From a virus (lineage: Duplodnaviria > Caudoviricetes), in IMG/VR virus record IMGVR_UViG_3300037510_000159, positions 1 to 60,688 of that record: a stretch of 60,688 nucleotides of DNA; one strand, given 5' to 3'. The translations under genes and the position numbers were made by a program. This document shows positions 1-9,931 of this stretch, piece after piece (within the stretch, counting starts at the first letter, position 1; every line of letters starts with the position of its first letter). The notes under the pieces are model-generated. The model saw nothing but the letters and a program-made list of their open reading frames with translations. It was not told where the DNA came from and made no database searches.

Positions 1-338
1 CGGCGACATCGAGAAAATCAAATATCTTGACCCGCCTGGGGCTCCCCCCGGCTCCGACAATCGCCAATGCCGCAGTGTCGTAATTGCGATAGCCAATCGA
101 GCCGGCGGCGCTGTCGTCCCCTGCATTCTGTTTAAACCGCAACATGCGCCCCGAAAAGAAGCCGCGGTCTGTCGAAGGCCCGGCGTCGCCCGAGGAATAG
201 GTGTAGAAAGCCCCGCCGGTGGTGATGTCGCCCTGCACATTCAGCTGACCTCCGGCAATGACCGGAAGCCCGTTGCTGTTTAGCCAGAGCTGGGTAGTGC
301 TCTCGATATGGCTGTTGCCGTCGTCGTAAAGGCGCAGG
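1..338. repeat. Imperfect internal repeat of tail fibre gene, copy A (matches 60349-60686)
   Basis: 1-91 identical to 60349-60439 and 252-338 identical to 60600-60686; the middle is diverged. Confidence 0.9.
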
Positions 339-871
339 CTGGTGCCGCCCGGCCCCCACCAGAAGACCGACCCGGCGTTGTTGATGTTGGCGCTGCCGTT
401 TACCGCCAGGTTGCGCCCGACCACCGCATCGCCGAGATCGTTGACGGTGAACTTGTCGCTGCCGTTCGTAAACAACCGGGCCGTGCCGGCCTCGGTGTAG
501 AGCGCCCACAGCTCCGCGCCGGTGCGGTCCTGAAACCAATACTCGGCCGTGACGTAGACCCGCGGCGTATGCAGATCGCCCGTCATGGTGTCGCCGGCCA
601 GCTCGACATAGGGCGCGGCGGCGACCCCGGCTGCGACCGCGTGATCGACATACTCGGTCGTTGCGATGTAATTGTTGTTGCTGCCCGGCGGCTGCGTCGG
701 GGCGGTTATCAGGCCGCCAAGGGTCACGTCGGTGAAGAGATTTGTGATTGTGATTTTATGGCTCTCATACCCGGATACTGTAGTATTATCCGGGGCGGAT
801 ATCTCAATAAGTGAAGTTGCCGCAACGGGTGTCGGGATGTCAGGGAGTTCCGAGATCCGGAAGTAAGCCAT
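1..871 (-). CDS. Tail fibre protein, 5' part (runs off window start, continues at 60688)
   Basis: Manual translation from ATG 871 with GGAG RBS gives MAYFRISELPDIPTPVAATSLIEI..., open to position 1. N-terminus resembles tail fibre 54271-55602. Contains the YDDGNSHIE repeat unit also seen at the window end. Confidence 0.85.
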   Translation of the reverse strand, partial: MAYFRISELPDIPTPVAATSLIEISAPDNTTVSGYESHKITITNLFTDVTLGGLITAPTQPPGSNNNYIATTEYVDHAVAAGVAAAPYVELAGDTMTGDLHTPRVYVTAEYWFQDRTGAELWALYTEAGTARLFTNGSDKFTVNDLGDAVVGRNLAVNGSANINNAGSVFWWGPGGTSLRLYDDGNSHIESTTQLWLNSNGLPVIAGGQLNVQGDITTGGAFYTYSSGDAGPSTDRGFFSGRMLRFKQNAGDDSAAGSIGYRNYDTAALAIVGAGGSPRRVKIFDFLDVA

Positions 872-1063
872 CAATGTCTCCGCTGTTGTCGGTACATAAG
901 CATGGCGTCCGGAGGACGTTTCAGGTACGGTGCGGGCCGGGTTGGTGTCACAACCACCAGCCCAGCCCTGACCCCCATCCGCTTACAGGAGCGAATGATG
1001 GCTGATCCAGATATGCCCCCAGCGAGCGCCAGTGTCATCAGCCCCAAGCTGGGGCGCTAGTGC

Positions 1064-1687
1064 ATGGACTGGAATGATCCCGAGCAAGTGCGCGCCTATC
1101 AGCGCGAGTGGGCACGCCGAAAACGCGCGGCAAACCCAGAACATTATCGCGCAGCAGCGACCGCATCTCGCGCGGCAAACCCAGAAAAAGCACGCGAGCA
1201 ACTGCGCCGCTGGCGCGCGGCTAATCGCGAGAGAAAACGCGAGCTTGATCGACGGCAGTACGCGAAGGACATCGAAAAATCCCGCGCCCGGGTACTAGCC
1301 AGAAAGAAGCGTGACGCGGCCACGCTTGCGAAAAGGGCCGAGGAAAGGAGGCTGTGGCGGCAACGCAATCCTGGGAAAGCGAGAGCGATGTCACTCAGAA
1401 GCAGATTTGCGAAAGAGCAACGCACGCCGTCATGGGCGAACATCGATGAGATCAATCGGATCTACCTTGCGTGCCCACATGGAATGCACGTCGATCATAT
1501 TGTGCCGCTCAGGGGCATAACCGTGGACGGTTATAAAATAAGCGGCCTGCATGTGCCGTGGAATTTGCAGTATCTCACGCCTTTTGAGAATAAGAGTAAG
1601 AACAACCGCATGCGCCAGGAGGACACTATCATCGACCCGACGTACTTTACTGGTTGGCCTCGGCGAGCACGAAAGCCGTCACCGTAA
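1064..1687 (+). CDS. HNH endonuclease (free-standing, antisense to late genes)
   Basis: HVDHIVPL...GLHVPWNLQYLTPFENKSKNN motif after Arg-rich helical repeats; paralog of 53065-53850. Confidence 0.9.
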   Translation: MDWNDPEQVRAYQREWARRKRAANPEHYRAAATASRAANPEKAREQLRRWRAANRERKRELDRRQYAKDIEKSRARVLARKKRDAATLAKRAEERRLWRQRNPGKARAMSLRSRFAKEQRTPSWANIDEINRIYLACPHGMHVDHIVPLRGITVDGYKISGLHVPWNLQYLTPFENKSKNNRMRQEDTIIDPTYFTGWPRRARKPSP

Positions 1688-2051
1688 AGTATTGCCCGGC
1701 CGTTACCGTGGCCGCATCGGTTATCATGTCGCTGCCCGAGACGCCGGCCGATCCCTGAATGTCGCAGTTTGTGCCGCCGCTGTCGAAAATTCGCCAATAC
1801 GAGATTGTGCCAGATAAATCGCAGCTGATATCCTGCCAAGTTCCCAGCATTGATTTTTGCGCGCTGGCGGCGGCCCCCATCCAGTCAGCGGGCAAGTTTA
1901 CCGTTGCCAGCACGGTGTTGGCCCCGTCCGATGCGGCGCAGTCGACAGGTTTTGTCCCTGCGAAAATCCGCAGGATCGGGCTAGTGCCGAGCACTGTCTC
2001 GATCGTATCCAAGCGGGCGTTTCTTAAACGCATGGACATGCTCAGGGCCAA
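1647..2051 (-). CDS. Virion structural/tail-associated protein
   Basis: TTG start after GGAGG; MALS..LRNARLDTIETVLG..ILRIFAG N-terminus typical of small phage tail proteins. Confidence 0.7.
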   Translation of the reverse strand: MALSMSMRLRNARLDTIETVLGTSPILRIFAGTKPVDCAASDGANTVLATVNLPADWMGAAASAQKSMLGTWQDISCDLSGTISYWRIFDSGGTNCDIQGSAGVSGSDMITDAATVTAGQYFTVTAFVLAEANQ

Positions 2052-2098
2052 TTTGACCTCCTAACGATAACTCAAGTTGTTGCCTTGATGCGATTACG

Positions 2099-2275
2099 TC
2101 AGCCCCGAATGGGAAATCCAAATACGGCCAACCCCAAAAGGGTCAGTAGTACGAGCAGGTACAGCCCGCCGACCGGATAGAGCACCGGCCCGCTGCTGTC
2201 GGGCCACACGCGCCAGGCCAGGCCGAGCACGAGGGCCAGGAGCATCAACAACCAAAAGATGAATGAGAGGGTCAT
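2099..2275 (-). CDS. Small two-TM membrane protein (holin-like), 58 aa
   Basis: Manual translation MTLSFIFWLLMLLALVLGLAWRVWPDSSGPVLYPVGGLYLLVLLTLLGLAVFGFPIRG; ATGA overlap with upstream gene. Confidence 0.65.
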   Translation of the reverse strand: MTLSFIFWLLMLLALVLGLAWRVWPDSSGPVLYPVGGLYLLVLLTLLGLAVFGFPIRG

Positions 2276-4449
2276 TGCCGACCTCCATATGGCCCAAGAA
2301 GCGCTGCTCGCCCGCCCTCAAACCCTGCCAACCCGGCGCCGGCACCGATCCCGCCACCCATCAGGCGGGCGAGCTCCGCGTTCTGGGGCTCGCGCCGGTA
2401 GGCTTGCACGAGGGCGTCGAGGGAATTGAGTGCGTCCTGGCCGCGTGGCACCGTCAGGGCCTCCGCGACCTGCCGGTGCAGGTCGTCCTCCCGCGCCAGC
2501 TTGTCCTGAGGCGTGCGGCCAAAGACGAACTGCATGCTGCGCTGCCCGGCTTGCAGCGGCTTGCCTTCCATCAGGCTGCCGACAAGGCCGGGCTCGCTCG
2601 ACTGCCTCGCTGCTTCGGCCATCGCCGTGCGGCCGAACGTGCGCGAATTGGTCATCGTCTGAGCGTGCAGCTCGGCCGCGCGCGTGGCGCGCTCCAGCGC
2701 GCCGGAGAGCTCCATCGCCTCGTTGGGGCCGAGGATCGTCGTCATCTTGGTGCGGGCGGCCTGCGTGTTGAGCTTGCGCAATGCCTCCAGGCCCTGGCTC
2801 ACCTCCTGATCCGGCCGTGACGCGACCCACCTGGCGTTCGCCATTGCTTCGTCGATCTGCTCGCGCACGCCCTGCCGGATCGCGGTAAGCTCCGGCGTTG
2901 ACATGCCGTCCACCTCCTGCGCGACCTCGTCGCGGGTGACGCCGCGGCTCAGCATGTTTGATCCGTACTTGACGGCAGCGACGCGCGATATCGGGTCCGC
3001 GGCCGTGTCGAGCGCCGCCCCGTACTCCGGCACGAGCTGGCGCATCTGACGCCTGATATCGCCGGCAAGGTTGGTGTAGGCTCCCGAGAAATCCGTCCTG
3101 GCGCCCAATTGGCCGGCATCCTCTCCGGACACGGCCAGGGTCCGCAGCGCACGGGTGATATAGTCGAGCTGACGCACGTCAGGCGCCTGGCGCAGCGTCA
3201 CCGTGCCGTCGTCTGCGACGTCCACCAATATCTGCTGCGAGCGGTGCCCGCCGAGCTGCATCAGCTCGTTCGCCTTGGCGAACGCTTTGCCGGGAATGCG
3301 GTCGAGCTCGCCCAGCAGGGCCTGCCCCTCGGGCGAGGCGTAGTTGATCGGCGTGTTGTAGGCGGCGTCATACGCCGTCCCGCGCGCCGCCCTCGTGCTG
3401 TCGCGGATGTCGCCGATCACGGTCTGCTCGCCTTGCGGTGCGCCCAGCGTGCGGTCGAGCGTGCCGCGCAGGTTTTGCGTTTCGTCGTGCAGCCGGTCGT
3501 TGACGGCCTGCTGGGCGCGATTGGCTCCAGGCCCGGTGCGCGCTATCGCCGTGTCGAGTGCGCCCCCTGTCGCCAGGTTGGCGTCGGCCAGCATGGCGTT
3601 GGGGCCTCCTGACGCGATGCGGGCGGCGCCTGCGCCGGTCGTCGCCTCGTCAGGGTCGATCGTGCGCCTGAGGACGTCGCCGGCCTCCCGGCTCATGCCG
3701 CTCCTGTTCAAGGCGCGGGTAATGCCGAAATAGTCCAGCAGGTTGCGCGCGACCGATGATGCGCCCTGGACGACCGGCGGCACGGCGGCGCCGACCACGC
3801 CCCCGAGAGCGGCCCCGACCCCGCCCTGCTTCAGCCGGTCTTCGAGGCCCGATCCTGAGCCGAAGCCCTCGACGGCACCCGTCCCGGCGCCCACGCCAGC
3901 CCCTATAGCCATGCGCCCGGCCAGCGGCACGGCAGCCCCAGGTGCGGCCGCTCCTGCCGCAGCAAGCGGCGCAAGCGCCGGGGCCAGCCCCAGCGAGCCC
4001 AGTATCTGCGAAGCGATCGAGCGCTTCGGGTGCTCCTCGCGTTCCTGCGCCAGCTCCTGGCGCTGTGCCTCCTGGGCGAGATTGTAGGTGTCGCCGAAAG
4101 GCTTGCCCGACAGCATGCCGCGCAATCCCTTGGCGGCGGACACGGCCTCGTCGCCGTACCCCATCGTCAGGCCCTGGAAGGGCGGCGTCAGCGGCCGCAT
4201 CGACGCGAGGCCGTCGCCACTGTCACGACGTTCCGCCAGTCCCGCTGCGGCCAGGCTGCGCTGGTCGTTGTCCATGCCCTTGGTGTTGACCTCGGGCGAT
4301 CCGGTCGGCCCCACGACGTAGCTGCGGTCGGCGTCGTGGATGATGACGCCCTCGGGCGGCTGGTTGGCTTCCGCCTGCGCTACCGGGAATTGATCCCACT
4401 GGCCTGCCGGAGCTGCTGCCGCCGGGAACTGGTCCCAGTTGTCTGCCAT
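2272..4449 (-). CDS. Putative DNA ejection/internal virion protein
   Basis: 725 aa, Gly/Ala-rich hydrophobic segment, last of three large ORFs after tail connectors as in podoviruses. Confidence 0.65.
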   Translation of the reverse strand: MADNWDQFPAAAAPAGQWDQFPVAQAEANQPPEGVIIHDADRSYVVGPTGSPEVNTKGMDNDQRSLAAAGLAERRDSGDGLASMRPLTPPFQGLTMGYGDEAVSAAKGLRGMLSGKPFGDTYNLAQEAQRQELAQEREEHPKRSIASQILGSLGLAPALAPLAAAGAAAPGAAVPLAGRMAIGAGVGAGTGAVEGFGSGSGLEDRLKQGGVGAALGGVVGAAVPPVVQGASSVARNLLDYFGITRALNRSGMSREAGDVLRRTIDPDEATTGAGAARIASGGPNAMLADANLATGGALDTAIARTGPGANRAQQAVNDRLHDETQNLRGTLDRTLGAPQGEQTVIGDIRDSTRAARGTAYDAAYNTPINYASPEGQALLGELDRIPGKAFAKANELMQLGGHRSQQILVDVADDGTVTLRQAPDVRQLDYITRALRTLAVSGEDAGQLGARTDFSGAYTNLAGDIRRQMRQLVPEYGAALDTAADPISRVAAVKYGSNMLSRGVTRDEVAQEVDGMSTPELTAIRQGVREQIDEAMANARWVASRPDQEVSQGLEALRKLNTQAARTKMTTILGPNEAMELSGALERATRAAELHAQTMTNSRTFGRTAMAEAARQSSEPGLVGSLMEGKPLQAGQRSMQFVFGRTPQDKLAREDDLHRQVAEALTVPRGQDALNSLDALVQAYRREPQNAELARLMGGGIGAGAGLAGFEGGRAALLGPYGGRQ

Positions 4450-4451
4450 CG

Positions 4452-7199
4452 TCAGGGCCTCACGCGCCGGACGCCGTTCGGGTCAATGAAGTGCGTGCCG
4501 GGCGGCAGCTTCATCGCCTCCTCCGGTGTCTTTACCTGCGGCGGCGGCGCTGCCGGCGCTCCGGCACCCGTCCCCCCGGCCGGCGCGGCCGCCGCGGTGC
4601 CGCCCCCATTGGCCGCCTTGAGCTGCTCGCGCATGCTTTCCAGGGCATTGGTTTCGGCCACCGACAGCGGCGGCCCCAGCTTGGAGATGCGGTCGCGCGC
4701 CTCGAGCCAGTCCGGCATGTTGCCATTGCCGCGCGCCACCTCGCGATGGATCTGGGCCACCTGCCGGTCGTAGTCGTCGAGCCGTTTCCCGATGTCGATC
4801 GCCTTTCTCAGGCTTTCCGCCGAGTCCGTCATCAGAGGCAGGGCGGCGGAATACAATTCGCGCTCGTAGTTCGAGACGCTGCCCTGGCCCTTTGGCGCCG
4901 ACAGCAGCGCGAGGCGCTGCCCGGCCTGGCGGAAGAGCTCCTGATCCGGCAGGCCGTCGCCCTTGATGAAGCCGCCCTCCCGCAGCCAGCGCGTCCCGGC
5001 CATACGCATTTCGGCCGACGCGCCGGGCTGGAAGCCCTGCAGCGCGTTCGCCATCTGGCCGTAGATCTGGGTCCGGCGATTGGCGGCATCCTCTGCGGTG
5101 AAGGAGTCATCCATCGCCTTGATGCCGGCCTCGACCATCTTGACGCCGCCGGCGCCCTCGATCTTGGTCGTGACGTTCTGGGCGCCCGATTTGCGCCGCG
5201 CCTGATCCCAATCGAAAAAGCTCAGCGGAGCCTCGCCGCGCCCCCTCGTGTCGGCAAGGTAGGCGGCGTAGTCCTTCTGCTCGGTCGTCTGAGCCCCGCC
5301 CGTAATGGCCTGCCGGTAGCGCGCCGCCGCCGCAGTGTCTCCACGGCTCTCGGCATCCTTGGCCGCCGCCTCGAGCTGCACATTCGGGTTGCGGGTGTCG
5401 GGCAGGCCCTGACGCTTGACCGCGGCCCATTCCGGCGAGCCCGGCGTGTAGCCCGCTGCCCTCGCTGCGGCGGCGTCCTTTGCCTGCTCCGTAGCCGCCG
5501 CGGTCGGCCCGGCGTACTCGTATGCGCGCTGCGCCTCCATCGCCTTTTGCGCGTCTTTGATGTCCATCGTCGCCAGCTCGGCGATGTCGGCCGGCGGCGT
5601 GCGTCCGGACGCCCGGTACAGCGCGTCCAGCCGCTTGGCCCGCGCGATGCGGTCGGCCCACTCCTCGATCGTCGCGCCGGGAGCCGGCGTCTGCGCGCTG
5701 AGCTCGCGCTGCGGCGGAGCCCCCTGCGGTGCCGCTGGGCCGGGGCCGCCGCCGCCGAAATTGCCGCCGCCGCCAGTGTAGCCGGGGGCGCCCGGAGGGC
5801 CGGGCGGGACATCCGGCGCACGCGGCCGGAGGACGTCGCCCGGCGTCAGTTGCGCCATTTGCATCCCATCGGTGCCGGAAGCGTCGAGCGGGCCTGTTGG
5901 CCCCACATCGCCCTGCGCCCCCGGCGCCCCGGAGGCCGGCAACTCTGCCATGTACCCGGTTTTCTCGGCAGACGCGGCCGGGTCCGACGGCGGCTCGCCG
6001 CGCAATATCTGCTGCGCCCTGACCATATCACCGCGCCGGACGGCATCGTTGTAGCGCGCTTCCACGTCCATAGGTCCGGCCGGGCCGGGAGACGCCCCCT
6101 GATTGGCCCTACGCTCAGGCAGGCCATCGACAAACGGTGTCGGCAGCGAGGTGTCTGCCACGCTGCGGATCCTGGGGACCGGCCCTCCGCCGGAGCCGGC
6201 GCCGTCCAGCGAGGTGTCGGGCAGCTGCGGCAGACGTGAGCCTGTGTCATCAGGCGCGGAGCCGCCGCCGGCCACGTTAGTCCCGGCCTGCGTGTACTGG
6301 CTCAAGAGCTTAGGATAATACATCATCGCCGACCCGATGGTCGGCCAGCGCCCGCGCAATGCGCCGACCACGCGCGAGGTGTCGCCTGCCGCCAGGTCCG
6401 CCTCCAGATCGCGCCCGGTTTTCCGGGCATATTCGCTCTTCGCCAGCCGATCGAAGGCCGTGACTTGCGACTGCGGGCTGAAATCCGGCAGGTCCGGCGC
6501 GACCTCTTTCCATGTCGAGCCGGTGAACTGGAACGCCCCGGCCGCGGTGCTCGGCCCCTGCGGCCCCGGCTCCGGAATATTCGGATGCTGGGAATAGTCG
6601 TCAAACGGCACGCCGCCCTTCGGCGTGTACCGCACGTTGAACTTGCCGCCGCTCTCCGGTATCGCAACGCCCCTGGCGAGGGCTCGCATCCCTGGCGTCC
6701 ATGTCCCCGTGTACTGATCCACCTCGGCAGCGTCGCGCTTCGGCACAGGCGCTCCCGGCGGGGCATCCGGCGCCGGCGGCGGAGGCAGCATCGACACGCC
6801 CGCCGATCCGGGGCGCGAGCGCAACGGCGGCTCGGGCTTGCTGACCTCATCCAGCAGCGCCTTGTCGGCCGCTATCTTCGCCTGCGACGCCCTGGCCTCC
6901 TGCGCGTATTTGATAATCTCGGCCATCGTCAGCGCTTGCTTGGTCGTGTCCGGAGCAGCCTTCCTGGCCGCATCCAAACCATACCCGAGCGCTTCGCCAA
7001 ACCCGATCGGCACGGCCGACGGCCTGCCGGACTGCAACATCGATGCGCCAAACGCACCCAGCTGATCGAAAAACCGCTGCCGCTGCAGCGCCTGCATGTC
7101 GATCCGGCCATCGGGGCCGACCATGCCGGGCGCCATCAGCTGTAAAATTTGATTGGTGTCGATCTGCGGGTTTGTCGGGTCGAGCTGCGGATCAGCCAT
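4452..7199 (-). CDS. Ejection protein with lambda-type lysozyme (muramidase) domain
   Basis: 915 aa; IPESGG.FNV...STAAGAFQFTGSTW...DFSPQSQ lysozyme-like motif; Pro/Gly-rich linkers. Confidence 0.75.
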   Translation of the reverse strand: MADPQLDPTNPQIDTNQILQLMAPGMVGPDGRIDMQALQRQRFFDQLGAFGASMLQSGRPSAVPIGFGEALGYGLDAARKAAPDTTKQALTMAEIIKYAQEARASQAKIAADKALLDEVSKPEPPLRSRPGSAGVSMLPPPPAPDAPPGAPVPKRDAAEVDQYTGTWTPGMRALARGVAIPESGGKFNVRYTPKGGVPFDDYSQHPNIPEPGPQGPSTAAGAFQFTGSTWKEVAPDLPDFSPQSQVTAFDRLAKSEYARKTGRDLEADLAAGDTSRVVGALRGRWPTIGSAMMYYPKLLSQYTQAGTNVAGGGSAPDDTGSRLPQLPDTSLDGAGSGGGPVPRIRSVADTSLPTPFVDGLPERRANQGASPGPAGPMDVEARYNDAVRRGDMVRAQQILRGEPPSDPAASAEKTGYMAELPASGAPGAQGDVGPTGPLDASGTDGMQMAQLTPGDVLRPRAPDVPPGPPGAPGYTGGGGNFGGGGPGPAAPQGAPPQRELSAQTPAPGATIEEWADRIARAKRLDALYRASGRTPPADIAELATMDIKDAQKAMEAQRAYEYAGPTAAATEQAKDAAAARAAGYTPGSPEWAAVKRQGLPDTRNPNVQLEAAAKDAESRGDTAAAARYRQAITGGAQTTEQKDYAAYLADTRGRGEAPLSFFDWDQARRKSGAQNVTTKIEGAGGVKMVEAGIKAMDDSFTAEDAANRRTQIYGQMANALQGFQPGASAEMRMAGTRWLREGGFIKGDGLPDQELFRQAGQRLALLSAPKGQGSVSNYERELYSAALPLMTDSAESLRKAIDIGKRLDDYDRQVAQIHREVARGNGNMPDWLEARDRISKLGPPLSVAETNALESMREQLKAANGGGTAAAAPAGGTGAGAPAAPPPQVKTPEEAMKLPPGTHFIDPNGVRRVRP

Positions 7200-7209
7200 G
7201 ATCGCTCCT

Positions 7210-7644
7210 TTAGAGCCCGAGACCGCCGCCGCCGGTGCCGCCGCGCGACAGCTTGGCTTTCAGCAAGGCCAGCACCAGCGGGTCGAGGCCGCCCGCCTGG
7301 CCGCCGGTGGCGCCCTGCGCTGCCGTTGTCGGAAAGGGCTGCGGCGCATTGACGGTCGGATAGTGCATCGTCAGATTGCGCATCCCGCCGCCCGGCGACC
7401 CGGCACTACGCGCCTGCAGCGGGGCCACCTGGGCCTGTTGCAGCGTGTTGGCGCCTTGCTGACCGGCCTTTCCCAGGCCGCCCAGGGCGCTCCAAATGCT
7501 TGGCCCGGATGCGGCCGGGGCGGCATCGGGCGCCGTCGGATTGCCGGCCAGGTTTTGGTACAAAGGTTGGTCGGCCGGCGTGTTGCCGCCGGAGCCCGCC
7601 ATCAATTTGTACAGGTCGTCGTCGATGGGGTACGCCATTTTCAT
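7210..7644 (-). CDS. Hypothetical (probable internal virion) protein
   Basis: ATG 7644 overlaps upstream stop (ATGA); MKMAYPIDDDLYKLM...; Gly/Ala/Gln-rich. Confidence 0.6.
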   Translation of the reverse strand: MKMAYPIDDDLYKLMAGSGGNTPADQPLYQNLAGNPTAPDAAPAASGPSIWSALGGLGKAGQQGANTLQQAQVAPLQARSAGSPGGGMRNLTMHYPTVNAPQPFPTTAAQGATGGQAGGLDPLVLALLKAKLSRGGTGGGGLGL

Positions 7645-9512
7645 CGCCTCCGTGGCCGGATCGCACGCTCGTAGTCGACGCCCAGATAGCCGCTCGGCGT
7701 CCGCAGCACGGCGTCCGGGTGCAGGAGCGCCACGTCCTGCGCCATCAGCCCGACATGCGGGTCGACCTCGCCGTCTTCCCAGTTGTAGCGGTACTGATAA
7801 ATCGGCAGCCCGTTGTCGAGCTCGCCGATCGGCTCGATGTCGGTCTTGAGGCGCTCGTCCGAAAAACCGAAATAGGGCGCCAGGCTCCCTGCGGCCCCCG
7901 CGAGCGACGACACGCCGCCCAGCAGGCTCGAGCCCCAGTTGCTCTTGAGCGGCTGCTCGGTCGTCGACGTGCCGCTGATCGGTTGCCCGATCAGCTCGGC
8001 GTAGTTTTTCAGGTTGTACCAGTCGTCTTCGGCATTGCCGTAATACCTGTTGACGTCGTCGGTCACGCCGGCCTGGCCGTAGGAGGACAGGCCCTCGCCG
8101 CCCTTGATCAGCGAGCTCCACGGGTCGGTGTTGCCGGCGATGACGTTCCTGAATTGTCCCAGCGCATTGACGGCGGTGCTATTGCCCTGGTCGTAGCCTT
8201 TCTGCAGCGAGTCCAACGCTTTCTGCTTGGCGTCCAGGCTGGATGCGTCGAGCGCCCCGCTGGCCTTGTAGCCGGACAGCTGACCCTCCAACCCATAATT
8301 GGAGCCCGTGAGCTGGTTGCTGATGCCGGTATTGTATTGGCTGCCGAGAGCCGTCGAGGCGTCGTTCATCAGCCCGCGCTCGCGGCCCCATGCGGTGTCG
8401 GCCCCCGTCAGAGCGCTGTCCATGCGCCCGCGCTCGCTCGACCACGCCTGGTCGGCCTGGGAGGCGCCCTGGTTTTGCAGCGTCCGCTCGGCGCCGTAGG
8501 CTGAGCCCAGATTGGACGCAGCCGTGCCCATCAGGCCGCGCTCGGCGCCGTAGCTGCGCGATGCGTTGGCCGCATCCTGGCTCTGCAGCGTGCGCTCGGC
8601 GGCGTAGTTCTTGCCGTAGATGTCGCTCGCCAAACCCGAGAGCGTGGTGCCCAGGTTTTGCTCGTTCTGCGAGCGGGAGTTGGTCAGCGCCCCTGACCCG
8701 TAGCGGCCTGCTTTCTCGTAGGCGCTGTCGGCCTGCGGCGCTGTCGCGGTCTGGTATTTCCGCGCCACCTGATCCGCCGCGGTATTGTACATGCTGTCGA
8801 GGTACGGGTTGGAGTTGAGGTAGCGGCCCCCGCTCACGTCGTTCCAGTACCCGGTCGAGGGATCGGCGCCGAGGTAGGCGCCTGCCGCCGTTTGGTTGAA
8901 ATACTGATTTGCGGGATTGCTGTTGAGGAAGGCGCCCCCGCTCTGGGCGTCGTAGTAACCGGACGATGGGTTGGCGCCCAGGTACTGGCCCGCGCCGACG
9001 TTCGTCAGCCCCTGATAGCCGGGATTGCTGTTGAGGTAGCTGCCACTCGCCTCTCCGGTCAGGTAGCCGGTGCCGGGATTGCCCGATATCGCATTGTCGG
9101 TAGCGCTGTTGAGGCGATCGTAATAGGCGCCCTGGCCCGATCCCAGCGTCGAGAGCGCGCCGGACGTGTCGGCCATCCGCCCCTGCTCGGCCGTAGTGCC
9201 GTCGGCAATGCCGAGGTTTCGGAGGTAGGCGGGGGACTGCGTGACGCCGTAATTTCCATAGGCGGCGTCCTCAAAGATCTTGTTGCCCGCCGGGACGGTG
9301 TATTGCCCGGTATGGCCGTACACCGAGTTGTCCACCAACCCCTGATACCCGGCCTGCTCCCAAGGGCTTTGGTACAATGTCTGATTAGGGTCGTAGGTGA
9401 CCTTGTTGTTGGAGTAGAGATCCTGGGACTTTCCGAAAACGTCGTCCAAATAGCTCGAGTTGTACGGCGTGCTGTTGGTGGTTGTCGTCTGCTTGCCGGC
9501 GGATTTGGTCAT
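7641..9512 (-). CDS. Ejection/pilot-like protein with C-terminal peptidase S74-like chaperone domain
   Basis: Start MTKSAGKQTTT at TGATG overlap; C-terminal FSDERLKTDI..G..LPIYQYRY..VGLMAQDV; internal 18-19 aa repeats. Confidence 0.75.
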   Translation of the reverse strand: MTKSAGKQTTTTNSTPYNSSYLDDVFGKSQDLYSNNKVTYDPNQTLYQSPWEQAGYQGLVDNSVYGHTGQYTVPAGNKIFEDAAYGNYGVTQSPAYLRNLGIADGTTAEQGRMADTSGALSTLGSGQGAYYDRLNSATDNAISGNPGTGYLTGEASGSYLNSNPGYQGLTNVGAGQYLGANPSSGYYDAQSGGAFLNSNPANQYFNQTAAGAYLGADPSTGYWNDVSGGRYLNSNPYLDSMYNTAADQVARKYQTATAPQADSAYEKAGRYGSGALTNSRSQNEQNLGTTLSGLASDIYGKNYAAERTLQSQDAANASRSYGAERGLMGTAASNLGSAYGAERTLQNQGASQADQAWSSERGRMDSALTGADTAWGRERGLMNDASTALGSQYNTGISNQLTGSNYGLEGQLSGYKASGALDASSLDAKQKALDSLQKGYDQGNSTAVNALGQFRNVIAGNTDPWSSLIKGGEGLSSYGQAGVTDDVNRYYGNAEDDWYNLKNYAELIGQPISGTSTTEQPLKSNWGSSLLGGVSSLAGAAGSLAPYFGFSDERLKTDIEPIGELDNGLPIYQYRYNWEDGEVDPHVGLMAQDVALLHPDAVLRTPSGYLGVDYERAIRPRRR

Positions 9513-9931
9513 CACAGTATCCTTTGGAGCAGCACCCCGACCGGCTTGTAGCCAAAACGGCGCCAGCCGGCGCGGGTGGCGCCCGTCATTACGGTGCAGC
9601 GCTCGGCCCGCGCCATGTCGGTCGTCATCCGGTCGAGCTCGTGGACCCAGCGCCACAATTTGCGGCCCCCAATCCAGGGAATGCGGAACTCGCGCAGCAG
9701 CGGGTGCTCGATCACTTGGCTGATCGCCGCCATATCCACCGGGTCGGCCCGGTTGTCGGCATCAAACGCGATCCACAGCGTGCCCTTCTCGGCCAGTAGA
9801 TCGGCCAGGACGTGCTCGAGCCCGATCCGCGCCGGCTGCTCGCGCCGTATGGCGCCGTCGATCCACTTCGCCGCCCCGCGCCGCCATGCCTCCTCGACCA
9901 GCCTGGTCGGGACAGTGGAGACCACGATCAT
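9512..9931 (-). CDS. GNAT-like small protein of podovirus tail region
   Basis: LWIAFD..AAISQVIEHP...IPWIGG..W..TGATRAGWRRFG pattern; position just before the ejection proteins. Confidence 0.6.
   Translation of the reverse strand: MIVVSTVPTRLVEEAWRRGAAKWIDGAIRREQPARIGLEHVLADLLAEKGTLWIAFDADNRADPVDMAAISQVIEHPLLREFRIPWIGGRKLWRWVHELDRMTTDMARAERCTVMTGATRAGWRRFGYKPVGVLLQRIL

Noticed and set aside
1-338. Diversity-generating retroelement (TR/VR pair with 60349-60686)
   Set aside because: Both copies are in-frame coding, the differences are not adenine-specific and are often synonymous, and no reverse transcriptase is visible.
995-1060. Genome-wide amber recoding
   Set aside because: Many genes end at TAG with correct family length (capsid, portal, terL), so TAG is a normal stop.
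4491-6239. Long + strand ORFs opposite structural genes (also 23533-24825, 45886-47514 and others)
   Set aside because: Antisense shadows of high-GC coding regions; Arg-rich, without motifs or RBS.
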